From: Octopus vulgaris
Taxonomy: Eukaryota
Length of the DNA: 64,000 nucleotides
Direction: 5' to 3'
Assembly (NCBI GenBank): GCA_951406725.2
Contig: OX597814.1
Span: 111,600,001 to 111,664,000, forward strand
Shown here: piece by piece, positions 1 to 14,718 of the stretch
Position numbering within the stretch: position 1 is the first letter of the stretch
How the letters are laid out: the number at the start of each line of letters is the position of its first letter
Translations under genes and position numbers: made by a program
Notes under the pieces: generated by a model
The model's database searches: none
Seen by the model: only the letters and a program-made list of their open reading frames with translations
What the model was told of the DNA's origin: nothing

Positions 1-1873
1 ACAACTATGAGAATTTGTAAACATTTTTGAATATAAATAACTGCATCTACTGAAATATGCAAAAAAAAAAAAAGAAAAAAGAAAAAAAGGGGAAAAAAAT
101 AGAGAAAAATGTATTTTTTTTTCTTCTGTTCAACCAACTGATGGTTGTGAACTATGTGTGTTCACTCAAACTTTTTTTTTTAAAGATGGGTGAACTTTGG
201 GCTGTGAGGAAGAAGTTGAAATGGAAGACGGCTAAAGGCTACCATGGCAGAGCAAACATTGGTGGCCTTTCAGCTGAATTCTGTGTCTGGTGATCCAGTA
301 GATCATCATATTGCTGTATTTATGGACAATTATTTCAAATATCAATAAAACTTTTCTATGAATATAATGCTTGCAAACGGGAGATTGTCGTCAAAATATT
401 TGCTGAAATAAGTGCTATTTTTGTATGTGAATATATATGCTGACTATGACCATGGAATGTAAAAGTGTTCTTTGTTACTTATTGAATTTTTCTGTGAGCT
501 GTGTCATTCTATGGTCGATCTGCAGTCCAGCTCCGAAACAGCTGGTTTTTCTTATGTCACTTCTAATGATTGGTTTTACATGTTCGCACACTGATGAATC
601 TCATCAGTTGGATCATGTAAATTTAGAAAGAAATTGATGTTCTCTCTGCCCAGCCTTTTATTAATATTATTATTATTATCATTATTATTATTACTATCAT
701 CAGCATTATAATTATTATTATTTTTTTTTTTTTTGTTTTGCAGGACTTGTATGCATTCAGATATATCCTTTATATGTTTGTAGATAACTATGCCAATGGT
801 TCTTACGAAGTTAAAAAGTCTATTGTGATGTTGATTCTTATATTGGCAGGGCTTCATAACGTTTTGGATTCTGTTAGTGCAAAAGAAGAAAAAAAAAAAC
901 CCAACAAAAAACAAAAAAACTAAAGCATATTTTAACCAATAGTTCAGATGAATGTTAAACAATATTTATAGATAGAAGAAACTTAGACTAGTTAAATATT
1001 GTACTTAATTAATTTGCCTTGTTAAGTATAAAAAAAAATGCAAAACGAAAACACAAAAAGTCTTATACTTGCAAACGTTCAGTATAAAGATATCTCTCGA
1101 CTAAGGGCTTAGTGTTATGATTTCTCTCTCCATGCATTAAATGAAATGAAATATCTTCAGTTTTAGAATCCGTTAATGTAACTTAATGCATGATGTCTAG
1201 TGCTTCGACAAAACGTCCCTCTTTTTCGAGATATTTAGAGGCGATCCTTGCAAACCAGCAGCATCAAAGTTGGATTTGTGAAGGACTTAAATTGTTGCTT
1301 TTCACATCCAACTTTGATTTCTTTTAGCTTTAACTTCATCATTTTTTGGGGGATTTTTTCCTTTATTTTTTTTTTTAAAGATTTCCCCAAATCAAATTAA
1401 AACTCAAATACCTGAATGATCACCTAATTAATGATTATTATTATTATTATTATTATTTATTTATCTATTTATTTTAATTTCTGTATCAGACTAATGAGTT
1501 CCTCGTAGGAATACTTACATACGCTTAAGTATTTCCGTAAAGCACTTTGATGTTTTTGTACTTTTTCAAAGATTGTGTGTTATTGATGATGATGATGGTG
1601 TTGGTGGTGGTGAGTTGTTCTAGTCAATTCAGACTACGACCCATGACAGTAAGTAATCTATCAGTGATAACCCACAAAGTAGGCACGCATGGCTCAGTGA
1701 GAAATTGACTATGTAGCCGTAGCTATCCTGTGTGTGTAATATGTATGCATAATTATATATATACATATATATATAAGTTCAGATGAATATGGTACTTAAG
1801 TTAAAGGCACTTAAGTTAAAGGCACCAGAATTTTGTATGGTATTATCCATATAAATCAAATGGGGTGATTATA

Positions 1874-2148
1874 ATCAAAATAAGCAACAAGGATATCCAA
1901 GGCAGTGTAGTACAATTGTTTCATGCTACTTCATTTTATTAAACACTGTAAGTATTAGATCATTTTTAAAATGTCGAGCAATCTTCAGCCACATACAGAA
2001 TTTTTTAATTAAACGGACAATTGTCCGTTTATTTAAAAAAGATTGCTCAACATTTTAAAACTGATGTAATACTTAGTGTTTAATAAAATGAAGTAGCATG
2101 AAACAATTGTACTACACTACCTTGGATATCCTTGTTGCTTATTTTGAT
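1874..2148. repeat. long imperfect palindrome (fold-back element)
   Basis: ATCAAAATAAGCAACAAGGATATCCAAGG ... CCTTGGATATCCTTGTTGCTTATTTTGAT; centre AAACGGACAATTGTCCGTTT. Confidence 0.9.
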
Positions 2149-3000
2149 GCATACATACATATATATATGTGTGTGTGTGAAGGATGGTTCCCTGAAATAT
2201 ATGTGTTCACACACACAAACACACAATGATATGTTGAAAATATCACATTTTAACCTTAGGTTATAACTGCAAATTCTCCTGTCATAATATTCTAGCTGAA
2301 ATTTAGTTAAAACTTTATTTATTTGTTATATATTCTTCTACTTCCACAAAAGCTGAGCATTGTGAAGTTTCCTACACATTGTTGTAAACAAGTTGCTTGC
2401 TGCTGCTGCTGAAGTTGGATAGAATGGCTAAGTTCTATTCCAGACCAAATGTTCATATAGGTTCATTTAATTTGATATGTATTTGTTAGATACTTTTGGT
2501 TCTTAGGACCACTCAATCTCTCCTTTTTTTTTTCCTATTTTTCTTTCTTTTTTTTTAAACTTTCTTTTCCTTCTTCTTTCAATTTGCATATTGCAGATAT
2601 ATAAGAAAAAAAAAATTAAATTGGCACTTTGGGTATTGGAAACCGATTCTTGTCTAACCATTTTCTGTCCACATATTGTAGAACAGAAGTTCTGGCTAAG
2701 AATGGCACCAGAGCTATTGTAAAGGTTTCATAACAAATAAACATAACTATTTTACTATTTGTCTAGTTGTCTTTCCCCTGCCCCTGACCTTTTGAAGATT
2801 CCTCCCAGGTTACGTTTTATTTTGTTTCAGTCATTAGACTGTGGTCATGCTGGGGCACTGCCTTGAGGGATTTTAGTCAAATGAATCGGGGCCCCTTTTT
2901 TAAGCCTGGTATGTACTCTATTGGTTTCTTTTGCAAAACCGCTAAGTTATGGGGATGTAAACACACCAGCACTGGTTGTCAAGCAGTAGTGGGGGGCACA

Positions 3001-3049
<49 letters not shown>

Positions 3050-3097
3050 ATGTATGTATGTATGTATGTATGTATGTATATATATATATATATATAT

Positions 3098-3292
3098 AGT
3101 TAATCCAAACAAGAAAGCACAAAAAACACAACAACGCGAGGACGTGAAACAAATATAGTATTATTGGACGCTCAAGAAAGGAGGGTTTAACGTTTTGAGC
3201 GGAGCTCTTCATCGGAAACATAGAAGGAAAGATCCAGAGAAGGGAAGACAGGGGGAAAAAAATCGCCAACGGTACACACGCAGTCACATTTA
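3098..3292 (-). repeat. repeat with a degenerate hammerhead (third family); second copy at 23012-23225
   Basis: Minus strand GTTT-CCGATGA-AGAGC TCC GCTC-AAAAC-GTT-AAAC. Confidence 0.65.
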
Positions 3293-3719
3293 CACACACA
3301 CACACATATATATTTCGTTTTGGGATTCGGTTTGCAAGATTCTTTATGTGAGTTCGTTTTGAAGCATATTCTGTTGTGTCTGGAGGGGGGGAGTCATTCT
3401 CTTTTGGTGCCTTATAATTTAAACACACTCACCGGTAAAATTTCCACTTATTTCATCAACATCATCGTTTAACGTCTGCTTTCCATGCTAGCATGGGTTG
3501 GACGATTTGACTGAGGACTGGTGAACCAGATGGCTGCACCAGGCTCCAATCTTGATCTGGCAGAGTTTCTACAGCTGGATGCCCTTCCTAACACCAACCA
3601 CTTCGAAAGTTATTTTATATAAAAAAATAAGAAATAAGTGGAAATTTTCCTGGTGAGTATTAAATTATAAGGCTCCAAAAGAGAATGACTCTCCCCAGAC
3701 ACAACAGTATATATATATA

Positions 3720-4075
3720 TATATGAACGGCAAAATGTCTGCGTGCGTGTCCTTTATACAAATCCACAAATTTTCAGTTAGAGGGCTCGTACTTTCTATG
3801 GTCTTTCAAAACCGTCCAAGGGTAGTCGTGCACATCTTTACATTTCCCCAGTCAGCCCGTAAAGCCATTAAGAAAATCAATAGAAGTGACTTTTTTGTGA
3901 ATTTTCTATCCAAAACCCAATCAAAATGCCCAAAACTTGATACGCCAATTGAATGCCAACTAGCTGTATGTGATTGGTCGGAGATTTGGACAGTACTCGC
4001 ATGTATGTGTGCACGCACGCAACTCTATATGCATGCACTAGCACTATGACTCGGCAACGCTGGGTCATAGTGCTA

Positions 4076-4076
<1 letters not shown>
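3720..4076 (+). mobile_element. non-autonomous Helitron-like element
   Basis: Ends CGGCAACGCTGGGTCATAGTGCTAG|T with a long terminal hairpin (4037-4077); the 5' end is buried in (TA)n. Confidence 0.7.
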
Positions 4077-4109
<33 letters not shown>

Positions 4110-5989
4110 GAAGCAGAAAATGGAGAAGTGCTGATTAACAACAGTTGACTTACATCAATTATTTGTTAATTTAATACAAATAGACTTCATCCTATCTAAC
4201 AGGCCCATTGTGCAACACTTTGGGAATGTGTCTTCTACAAAGCCCCTAGGCCAGCTGAACCTTGAATTTGGTAGGCAGAAAGTGTGTGAAAGCCTGTCGT
4301 GCATGTGTTGGAATGCATGCATGCATAGATGTTTGTGTTGTCTTTCCCTACCACCGCTTGACACCAGTACTGGTAACTTAACAGTTTGGCAAAAGAGATT
4401 GATAGAAGTACTGCGGTTCATTGGTTGATCTAAACCCTTCAGGGTAGTACCCCAGCATGGCCATAGTCCAATGACTGAAATTAGTCAAGATTTGTTATTG
4501 TGATACATTGTATTTAACATTGAGGTGATTCACTTATAAATTAGAACTTCCTGTATTTATGTTCAAAGCCACTATTATTGACTTCAAATTTTCACAGAAG
4601 GCCAGCAATTTCAGGGAAAGGATTCAGTTGATCGCATCAATGCCATTACTCAGCTGGTATTTATTCTATTGAAGGCAGTGAGCTGGTAGAAACGTTAGCA
4701 CGCCGGGCGAAATGCTTAGTGGTATTTCGTCTGCAGTTACGTTCTGAGTTCAAATTTCACCAAGGTTGACTTTGCCTTTCATCCTTTCGGGGTCGATTAA
4801 ATAAGTACCAATTACGCACTGGGGTTAAAGTAATCGACTTAATCCCTTTGTCTGTCCTTGTTTGTCCCCTCTACGTTTAGCCCTTTGTGGGTAGTTTATT
4901 CTATCAACCCTGAGAGGACAAAAGGCTAAGTCGACCTTGGCAGAATTTGAACTCCAGATTGTAGAGATTGATGAAATACCACTAAGCATTTTTCCTGGTA
5001 TGTTAACGATTCTGCCAGCTCGTTGCCTTAATAACAGACAATGTATTGATAAGCTTGTGCCATAGATGGTCTCCAATGAAATTGGTTCAGCTTTACCATG
5101 ATGCGGTAGTAATTATAATGATTAATTAAATCTTGTATATTATTGTTTTTTACACAGCAACACTTATCATCCCTCGTTTGTAGCACCAAACATCCTGCAT
5201 CTTTTTTTGTTCTTTTTAAACCAGTTTCTATTGTTTCTCCAGCATGGCATATCTCTATTCATTTCAGCTTAGCACCATTTTCTTCTCTGTGAGTCTTGGT
5301 ATTGTTAGGTCTGGCCTCAATACTGCTTCCCAAGTCTTTGTAGGCCTGACTTTAACCCGAGGCATATCCCCTGTCAACAACCAGTAAGTACTTCATCAAA
5401 ACGGCATGGTTGCCTCTAGCTGGTTGCTAGATACAGCAGCCAAGTTGCTTGCAAATCATATCTTAATGCTTTTTAATTAAGGACAGGAAACATTAGTGTA
5501 GTCCAATGTCCCCTGAAATAAATGGAATGGTTGGTGCTCTTTTACTTGTTTCAGTCATTTGACTGGAGCACCGCATTTAGTCGAACAATTCGACCCCAGG
5601 AATTATTCTTTGTAAGCCTAGTACTTATTCTATCAGTCTCTTTTGCTGAACCGCTAAGTTACAGGGACATAAACACACCACCATCTGTTGCCAAGCGATG
5701 TTGGTGGGGACAAACATATTCACACACACATACATATATACATATATACAATGGGCTTCTTTCAGTTTCTGTCGACCAAATCCACTCACAAGGCTTTAGT
5801 CAGCCTGAGGCTATAGTAGAAGACATTTGCCCAAGGTGCCACGCAGTAGGACTGAACCCGGAATCATGTGGTTGGTAAGCAATCTACTTTATTTCAATGA
5901 ATTGGCCATACAGGTCTTACATAGAAGCAACTGCAGGCTGGACAAAACACAAGATGAATGAATGACAAAGCAAATAATGAAATTGGTGA

Positions 5990-7560
5990 AGGAAGGCAAG
6001 CAATGCCTTGCTGTTTCCCAAAAGCATTGTCCTTTTCTTTTCTAACAAATTGAGGTTATAAACCTCTTACTTTAATTCAATTGGACTCAAGATCCTTACA
6101 AATGAGGCACTAAGCCTCTTGACTTTTTTCATTATTTTCCACCCCACTGGTGCCCGACTAAGCCTCACTCAAGCATATCGATGGTGCTAAGTCAGGGTGA
6201 TTCAGTAGGAAGTGGATGGAATGTGTCTTTGGGGAAGGAGTTCATCACCTTGCACAAATCTGTTCCCCACATGACCTCCACAGCTACCTGCGGAGGCCAA
6301 TCAGGGTCCTTTGTACAGGTTAGAACCCCTCCCCTCCAACCTTCTTTGGTAAACTTTTTCATAAACTCTTGAATTGCCCCTTCCTTGTGGAATAGGATTA
6401 CAAATTCCTCCTCCATATAGGGCGAGGCCCGTTTCCACTGTCGGTGACACAATTCCCACTAACAGGGTTTCGGGAAAAGCCGGCAGTGTATTAGTAACTA
6501 CCAGCAATGCCTTATTTTTATTTTTCTTCTCTTTTACCATGGGAGGGTGCAGTTCTGTTTTGTCTGGAAGATTTTCCTTCCCTCCCACAGCCTTAGGATC
6601 ACTCAGTGGGCAACCTTCTTCCTTTTTTGGCTCTTTTTCGAGGAGGTGGAAGCCTCCTTGACCGTCATCTCTCCCTCTGAATGAGGAATGGGGAGTGTTT
6701 CTGCCACTAACTGCTCCAAGACCCTACTCTGATCCTAGGGACAGTTCTTTTTTATGTGACCTAGTTCCAGTCACAGGTGACACTTGGGAGGAGGCATCCC
6801 TCAAGTATCACCAGATACCTGTTACCAGCCATGGTCAGAAAATCTGGGAAGACCAGATTTCTTGTGGCTGATTGGGTCCACAGGGTCAAAACAGCTTTTG
6901 ACCCAACCCAATCAGCCGCTGGCAACAACTTTACATTTAGCAGCTTGGATCTGCTGCCACCCAGACCCTGGCGGAGAGTGTCTTCTAACCACTCGGGCTC
7001 CATCACAGGTGGCAACCCACAGACCCAAGCTCTTGTCAACTTTTTCCCACAATATGTGGGAAGAAACAGGATTTCCTGGCCCTCCAAGGGCTAGTTCACA
7101 AACCTGCGAGCCTCCTCAGGGGTGTCTAACAGCAACCACACCATTGCATATTTGGCACCCCTGAAAATAAATTTTATGGTTGGCAGATACTCTGCCAACT
7201 CTTTCTCTATCTCAATTTTCTTGAAGACGGTGATGGTGTCGAGCGACTTTGAGTATGTCCTCAACACCACTGTCCTCTCTTCAGAGTCTTTCACCCACTC
7301 TTTGGGTGGGACAATCTCCCACTCAAACACAGTGTCTAGTTTTTTCGCCATGTTCTTTAGAAGAAAAAAAATTCCAAAGAAAGTCAGAAAAGGAGACGAA
7401 GGAAGAAGGAAAGAAAACAGTTCAAGAACACAGTGACCACAATTTTCCGGCCAACTGGTACTCCAAATAGCAACAGGAACACAGCTCCACAATTTTTGGA
7501 GGTGGGATACACCCCCTAAACAACACACTTCTCACTACTAAGTGAGACAGTAAGCGCAAC
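5990..7560 (-). mobile_element. degenerate second ORF1-type element of the same family
   Basis: RTVVLRTY...FRGAKYA, ILFLPTYCGKKLTRAWVCGLPP, a broken knuckle C-H-L-*-L-E-L-G-H-I-K-K-N-C-P near 6740-6785, and C-terminal ELK*EVYNLNLLEK, all collinear with the 29.5-31 kb copy. Confidence 0.72.
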
Positions 7561-9398
7561 TACAGGCAGACAAATGCCTGGAATCCAGTAGAGATTACTT
7601 GTTTGAAAAAAAATAAACACAAACAACAAAACCCCACTGAATCCCCAAAAAACAAATGCCTTACCTTGTAGTTGTGCCTCACTAGTTCAATAATTCATGA
7701 TGCTGGTGTGCAGCATGATGCACGCCAGCATCATGACTCCTCCCAGTGTGAAGGAAACACTGACACATGCAAGCTACTTACCACACAGCCACTCCTGTGA
7801 AAAAAAAAGCACCCATGTTGGCACCATGTAAAACACACCCTGTACATTCTGTATAGTAGTTGGCATTAAGGGCATCCTCCGATGCCAAAACATGACTGGA
7901 GCCTGGTGGGCTTGCCAGCATGGAAAATAGATATTAACTGATTGATGTCACAGCTGTAATGTCTTTGAGCATAAAGTCAGCTTGACCAAAGAACACTTTA
8001 TCACCTCTCTGGTTAATTGCCTTTGATATGACATCAAAATAAAAATCAATTGGAAATTGTAGTTAAGATACCTGTGCCGGTGACACGTAAAAAGCACCGT
8101 CCAAACGTGGCAGATGCCAGCGCTGCCTGACTGGCGTCTGTGTTGGTGACACGTAAAAGCACCAACCGATCGTGGCCGTTTGCCAGCTTCCTCTGGCCCC
8201 TGTGCCGGTGGCACGCAAAAAACCCCCACTACATTCACGGAGTGGTTGGCGTTAGGAAGGGCATCCAGCTGCAGAAACACTGCCAAATCAGACTGGAGGC
8301 TTGTGCAGCCTCCTGGCTTCCCAGACCCCGGTCAAACCGTCCGATCCATGAAAAACGAACGTTAAACGATGATGATGATGATGATAATGCAACCACTTTC
8401 TCAAGTTGCTCAAGTCATTCATTGTCAGCCCTAAAGAAATTTGTGATACATTACCAATATCTCACAACCATGTAGCATCTCACATCTGATACTCCATGCT
8501 GAGGAGGAGAAACACTTTGTTGGGAACACAGATAACTCCTTAACCCTTTTTTTATGCTGATCCATCAAAGACTACTCTTGGTTTTATGATACACACTTTT
8601 CTTGAAGTTATCTAAATTCAAACCATCTCTTTTACTTGTTTCAGTCGTTTGACTGTGACCATGCTGGAGCACTGCCTTTAGTCGAGCAAATCAACCCCAG
8701 GACTTATTCTTTGAAGGCCTTGTACTTATTCTATCAGTTTCTTTTGCCGAACCGCTAAGTTACGGGGACATAAACACACCAGCATCAGTTGTCAAGCGAT
8801 GCTGGGGGGACAAATACAGACACGCAAACATATACACACACATACGTACACATATATATATATATATATACGATGGGCTTCTTTCAGTTTCTGTCTACCA
8901 AATCCACTCACAAGGCTTTGGTCGGCCCAAGGCTATAGTATAAGACATTTGCTCAAGGTGCCACACAGTGAGACTGAACCCAGAACCATGTGGTTGGTAA
9001 GCAAGCTACTTACCACACAGCCACTCCTGCGCATCTGCTAAAATTACTCAGTAAATACTAGCTTAACCCTCTTCTATACCCAACCAATTTGGTTGTATGG
9101 TATAACATTCCTATTTTAAACATTTGATCAAAATTTCATGTCGGTCTAGAAATCAGCTTAGACAATTATTTTAATTAATTCATTATTTTCAAAATTAATT
9201 GAAACAAAGACTGTAATTACAACAGAAATAAGGCAACAAATGGGTTAAACTGCTTCCATCTGTTTTTACAACAGGCACCATGTTTTCGCTCCAGTCACTC
9301 TGCTGTTGTAACTCATCTTAGCAGAACTTAATGACATGCATCTTGCAGTCTATGCTATCCTTTTTTTGTGGGGGGTTTTCTATAGATAACAAATATAT

Positions 9399-9813
9399 AT
9401 TTCTGTACTACCCACAAGGAGCTAAACATAGAGGGGACAAACAAGGACAGACAAAGGGATTAAGTCAATTACATCGACTCCAGTGTGAAACTGGTACTTT
9501 ATTTATCGACCCCGAAAGGATGAAAGGCAAAGTTGACCTCAGCGGAATTTGAACTCAGAACGTAATGGCAGACGAAATACCTATTTCTTTACTACCCACA
9601 AGGGGCTAAACACAGAGAGGACAAACAAAGACAGACAAACTGATTAAATCGATTATATCGACCCCAGTGCGCAACTGGTACTTAATTTATCGACCCCAAA
9701 AGGATGAAAGGCAAAGTCGACCTCGGCGGAATTTGAACTCAGAACGTAGCACCAAAAGAAATACCGCTAAGCATTTTGCCCGGCGCGCTAACGTTTCTGC
9801 CAGCTTGCCGCCT
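9399..9813 (-). mobile_element. SINE family A dimer (head-body-body)
   Basis: TSD TATAGATAACAAATATAT at 9381 and 9814 encloses both units. Confidence 0.88.
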
Positions 9814-10746
9814 TATAGATAACAAATATATGTATATCAAATACTATAGAACATAAATTCCTGATTTATTAACCCTGTCACACTGCACCCACTCTAGCAG
9901 AAATAGCTTAAATGTCATCTCTGTCAGATTCCTTGTACACTGGAAATGAACAACACGTGTTAAAAAAAAATGTTTTAAAGTAGATAGAATACTAAAATTA
10001 GACCCCTGATCATATTGCAGTTTTGTAGTCAAAGTGTGTTTACGACTCACTGTTAATGGTTCCCCCCTTATCAAAACTGTTGTTTACTTCTTTTAATGGA
10101 AAAAGAAAAAACGATTTTGTTTGTGATATAAACCCAGCTCTTCATCTTGTAAACAAGCAAGGCTGAGGCTCTTTGCTGTTGAGGAGATTATTGATGATAT
10201 TTATTCTTTGTTTGAAGAGTTTACTCTTACACCAGTAATGAGTGATTCGAACCATCAAACTGGTAAAAGTAATGAGGAAAATAACAATTTGGATGAGTAA
10301 ATATGGTAGTTAAGAGATGGGCCTATTACTGTTATTCTGTCCTTTAGTTTGCCTGCAGTTGTTACTCTTCAGCTGTATCTGCAACTACTTATTTTTTTGC
10401 TCAGGAGCCCAGGCGGAAGATAAAGTTAGACTCAGAGGGGCCCAAGTGTATTTGGAGGTTAAAACCATCCCTGCCTCTAGAGGATGTGTCCTACTTGACA
10501 CCAGCTCCAGGGGAGATAATCACTAGAATCAAATTCCTCTTAAGTTGACTTATTAAAAAAAAGGGACAGGTTTATTTCCTCTTTTAGTTTTATTGTCTGG
10601 AGATAAGAGAAGAGTACTGGACACATGTTTCTGACTGAATAACTGTCATTAGTGTAACACTTGTCCAATTTTATTTCCAATAGCCATAGGATAATGGCTT
10701 TACAGGTCAAAACTTCAAAGTCACTGTCAATGGTATTCTTGTTTAA

Positions 10747-10954
10747 CCCTTTCGTTATCAACCCGGCTGAAACTAGCTCTGGCTCTCAGTACAAATGTCT
10801 TGTTTTCATAAGTTTTGAATTCAAATCTTCCACCAATTTATGTGCCTAACACTAGTTTAATTATAACTGAGTTATTTTACTAAATTCTTTGTTATATTTA
10901 AAATTAATTGAAAAAAACACAGAGCATCTCAAAATAAATAGAGTAACAAAAGGG
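10747..10954. mobile_element. piggyBac-type MITE
   Basis: TTAA|CCCTTTCGTTA ... TAACAAAAGGG|TTAA. Related copies at ~20484-21142 (split by a SINE), ~9063-9248 and ~47260-47485. Confidence 0.8.
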
Positions 10955-12420
10955 TTAAGAATAAATTTGTCCTCTACAAAAGTACAGAGTAACCTCTCAG
11001 ATTCATGTAAAATTGTTTTTATTATAACTATATAAAAACAAACGAGTGTGTGTGTAGTGTAATATATGTATTCATAGAAGCACAGGTGCCAGTAAGGCAT
11101 GATCGTTACCAACGTCGCCTTACTGGCACCTGTGCCGGTGGCATTTGTAAAAAGATTTGAGTGAGGTCATTGCTAGTACCACCTAACTGGCCCTGTGCCG
11201 GTGACATGTAAAAGGCACCCACTACACTCTTGGAGTGGTTGGCGTTAGGAAGGGCATCCAGCTTTAGAAACTCTGCCAGATCAAGATTGGGGCCTGGTGC
11301 GGGCGTCTGGTTCACCAGCCCTCAGTCAAAATTGTCCAACCCATGCTACCATGGAAAGTGGACGTTAAACGATGATGATGATGATAGAAGTGTGTGGTGA
11401 TTGAAGAAAGCTCCTCTGGCAGATGGCATAGTAATCCGAAAGGTAGGAGTACAATACAGAGTTTCTATGCGACTGAAACTCAGATTCAATCAATGAGATT
11501 ATTTCATGAGGAAATGGCTATAATCCTAAGGATAGCAAGTGGTTAAGTAAATATATTCACTTCTCATACCTCCTGACTTTTTATTGTTTATATAGACACA
11601 CACACACACATTGGTGTTTGTATCTGCAATCAATTGCATGTCAGCCACAGTGAGTGGTATTGTGGTCAGGTCTCCTTTCAACAAATAATCAGGTCACTTT
11701 GAACATTCAAAGCTATGAGAATATGTGATCCCTTATTTGTGAGACAGGTAAAGGTTAGGGATAGAAAGGGCATCCAACTGTAAAACAATGCTTCATCGTC
11801 ATTAACATCCATTTTCCATGCTGGCATGGGTTGGACCTTTTGACAAGAACTGGCAAGCTGGAGAGCTGCACCAGGCTCTAGTTGTTTGTTTTGGCAAGGT
11901 CTCTACTACTGGATGCCCTTCCTAATGCCAACCACTGGATGATTTTCACATGGCAGTAACACCAGGGCTTTTTACATGGCAGCAGCATGAGTGCTTTTTA
12001 TGTGGCACCAACACCATGAGGGTTGCCAAGTGGCTTGCAAGACAAAGACCTCTCAACTGATAGAGGGAATGGAACCAAGGGAAGTCTCTGTGTGCCTAAT
12101 GAGGGCTGTGATGGAGAGACAGAGATAGCTGGCTTACTAAGAGGAGATATTTGGCCACCCGAGAAGGATGAGGAAGGAAGGAAAGAGTTGTTCAACCCAT
12201 GCAAGCACAGGGAAAGTGAATGTGAAATGAATGATCAAATGTATTCATTGGTGATGTAGCCATTTACATTATTTACATTTGATGGATATTTGTCCTCATT
12301 TTCTTTGTTGTTAACACAATGTTTTGGCTGATATACCCTCCAGCCTTCATCAGGTGTCTTGAGGAAATTTTGAACCTGGGTTCTCATTCCTAAGTATTTT
12401 TAGATATTATTATTATTATT

Positions 12421-12861
12421 CAGTAGTTTTATTTTTATAGCGTGCTTTCACTTCACTACCGAGCGCAGCTCTGTGTGCCTTGGGTATGTGCTGTGATTTG
12501 TTGTGATGCTCTGATGGTTATTGTATGGAAAGTGTTCTGCGTAGGATGTGTGCAGTGCCTAGTAGTGCAATTTTCTGTATGTTATATGTGTTTGTAAGTC
12601 CTGGTGTTTTTGTTATGTATTTGTCTGAATATTTTTTTATCATGCCTAATGCACCTACTATGATAGGAATTGTTTCTGTTTTCAGGTTCCACATTCTAGT
12701 TACCTCTATTTCCAGGTCTTTGTATTTTGAGAGTTTCTCCATTTCTTTTAGAGACACGTTGTCATCTGCCGGTATTGATACATCAATTAGAAAGCATTTT
12801 TTTTCTTCATGATCTCTGACAACTATATCTGGTCTGTTGGCCTTAATTTCTCTATCTGTGT

Positions 12862-12864
<3 letters not shown>
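12421..12864 (-). mobile_element. 3' end of an R4/Dong-like non-LTR element (restriction-like endonuclease) in (TAA)n
   Basis: IHTDREIKANRPDIVV...CFLIDVSIPADDNV..KEMEKLSKYKDL...PIIVGALG shows the REL PD..D..K.KY pattern; flanked on both sides by (TAA)n. Confidence 0.88.
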
Positions 12865-12914
<50 letters not shown>

Positions 12915-13501
12915 CAGGTCACTGCCTGGAATCAAACTCGAAATCTTGGGGTTAGTAGCCTGCCACTATGCCATATATCCTTCAAATGTAAATAATGTAC
13001 ATAATTCCTCATCTCTTAAATATAGAACTGTATGTAGCCATTTGTTGAAGTTATATAGATGTATGGTTAAGCAGTTTTCTTTACAAATGTATGATTCTGG
13101 GTTCAATCTCATTGCACAGCTAACAAGGTGTGTCTTCTACTATAGCCTGAGCTGACCAATGCCTTGCAGGTGAATTTTGTAGACAAATACTGTGAAAGCT
13201 TGTCACGTGTATGTATGTGTATGTATATATCATCATCATTGAATGTCCATTGTCCATGCTGGCATGGGTTGGACGGTTTCACTGAAAACTGGTAAGCTGA
13301 GGAACAGCACCAGGTTCCATCCGATTTGGCATCATTTCTACAGCTGGATGCCAGCTGCTCCAATAGTGTAGTGGGTACTTTTTATGTGCCACCAACACAC
13401 GTGCCATTTATGAAACACCAGCATCCGGCCATGACTGTAATCTCACTTGGTTTAACAGGTCTTCTCATGCACGGTGTTATATATATATTTATGTGTGTGT
13501 G

Positions 13502-13832
13502 AAGGTGCATGGCTCAGTGATTAGAGTGCCGAGCTTACGATTATGATGTTGTGAGTTCAATTCCCAGACTGGGCTGCGTGTTGTGTTCTTGAGCAAGACA
13601 CTTTATTTCATGTTGCTTCAATTCACTCAGCTGTAGAAATGAGTTGCAATGTTGTTGGTGTCACGCTGTATTGGCCTTTGCCTTTCCCTTGGATAACATC
13701 GGTGGCACGTAGAGGGGAGGCTGGTTAGCATGGGTGACTGCTGGTCTTCCATAAACAACCTTGCCCGGCCTTGTGCCTCGGAGGGTGACTTTGTAGGTGC
13801 AATCACATGGTCATTCATGACCAAAAGGGTCT
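13502..13832 (+). mobile_element. tRNA-derived SINE family C
   Basis: TGGCTCAGTGATTAGAG / GAGTTCAATTCCC boxes followed by TTCTTGAGCAAGACACTT. Related heads at ~15910, 25465, 33005 and 33856. Confidence 0.75.
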
Positions 13833-14092
13833 CTTATGTGTATGTGTGTTAGGAAGGGCAGCCATCTGTGGAAACCAAGCCAAAACAGACAATGGGACTT
13901 GGTGTGACTCTTGGCTTACCAGCTCCAGTCAAACCGTTCAGCCCATGCCAGTATGGAAAATTGATGTGAAATGATGATGTGTGTGTGCATGGTGTATATG
14001 TTCCCTCATTACCTGATGTCTGATGTTGGTTTGTTTATGTTCCTGTAAGTTAGTAATGGGGCAAGAAAAAAAGAAACTGGTAGAATAAGTAC

Positions 14093-14326
14093 CTATTTCT
14101 TTACTACCCACAAGGGGCTAAACACAGAGGGGACAAACAAGGACAGACACACGGATTAAGTTGATTACATCGACCCCAGTGCATAACTGGTACTTAATTT
14201 ATCCACCCCGAAAGGATGAAAGGCAAAGTCGACCTCGGCGGAATTTGAACTCAGAACGTAACGGCAAACGAAATACTGCTAAGCATTTCGCCTGGCCTGC
14301 TAACGTTTCTGCCAGCTCGCTGCCTT
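14093..14326 (-). mobile_element. tRNA-derived SINE family A (central GCCTTTCATCCTTTCGGGGTCGATAAA domain) with TSD
   Basis: A/B-box-like head; tail GCCCCTTGTGGGTAGTAAAGAAATA; TSD GTAGAATAAGTAC(C) on both sides. The central domain resembles the Meta/Sauria-SINE domain as I recall it. Confidence 0.9.
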
Positions 14327-14648
14327 CGTAGAATAAGTACCAAACTGAGTTAATTTGTTTGACTAAATCCTTCAAGACAAGATCTGAAATAAGTTATATA
14401 TAAAAAACCGGTATACAATAAGTAGTCTATTTTGAGGGGCCAACCACAATATAGGCGATTGCATGTAAGAAAAAGTAGGAAAGCAAGTCTTACGGCCCAT
14501 TTGAAGAGTTTCGGTGGAGGTTGGGGGTGACCGCTGTTAACACATGCTGTGATGCAGTGACTGGACAGGTTTTTCATATCAGACACTCTTGAAAGCTGTA
14601 AGGTTGTTAAACAGCAGCAACATTCCTCTCTTACTTGTTCTCCCTTCT

Positions 14649-14683
<35 letters not shown>

Positions 14684-14687
14684 TGCT

Positions 14688-14718
<31 letters not shown>

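Noticed and set aside
1621-1711. Possible C/D snoRNA or SECIS between 9-bp inverted repeats (TAGTCAATT/AATTGACTA)
   Set aside because: No properly placed box C and no convincing SECIS helix.
13502-13580. tRNA genes at SINE heads
   Set aside because: A/B boxes are present but there is no complete cloverleaf, and they continue into SINE bodies.
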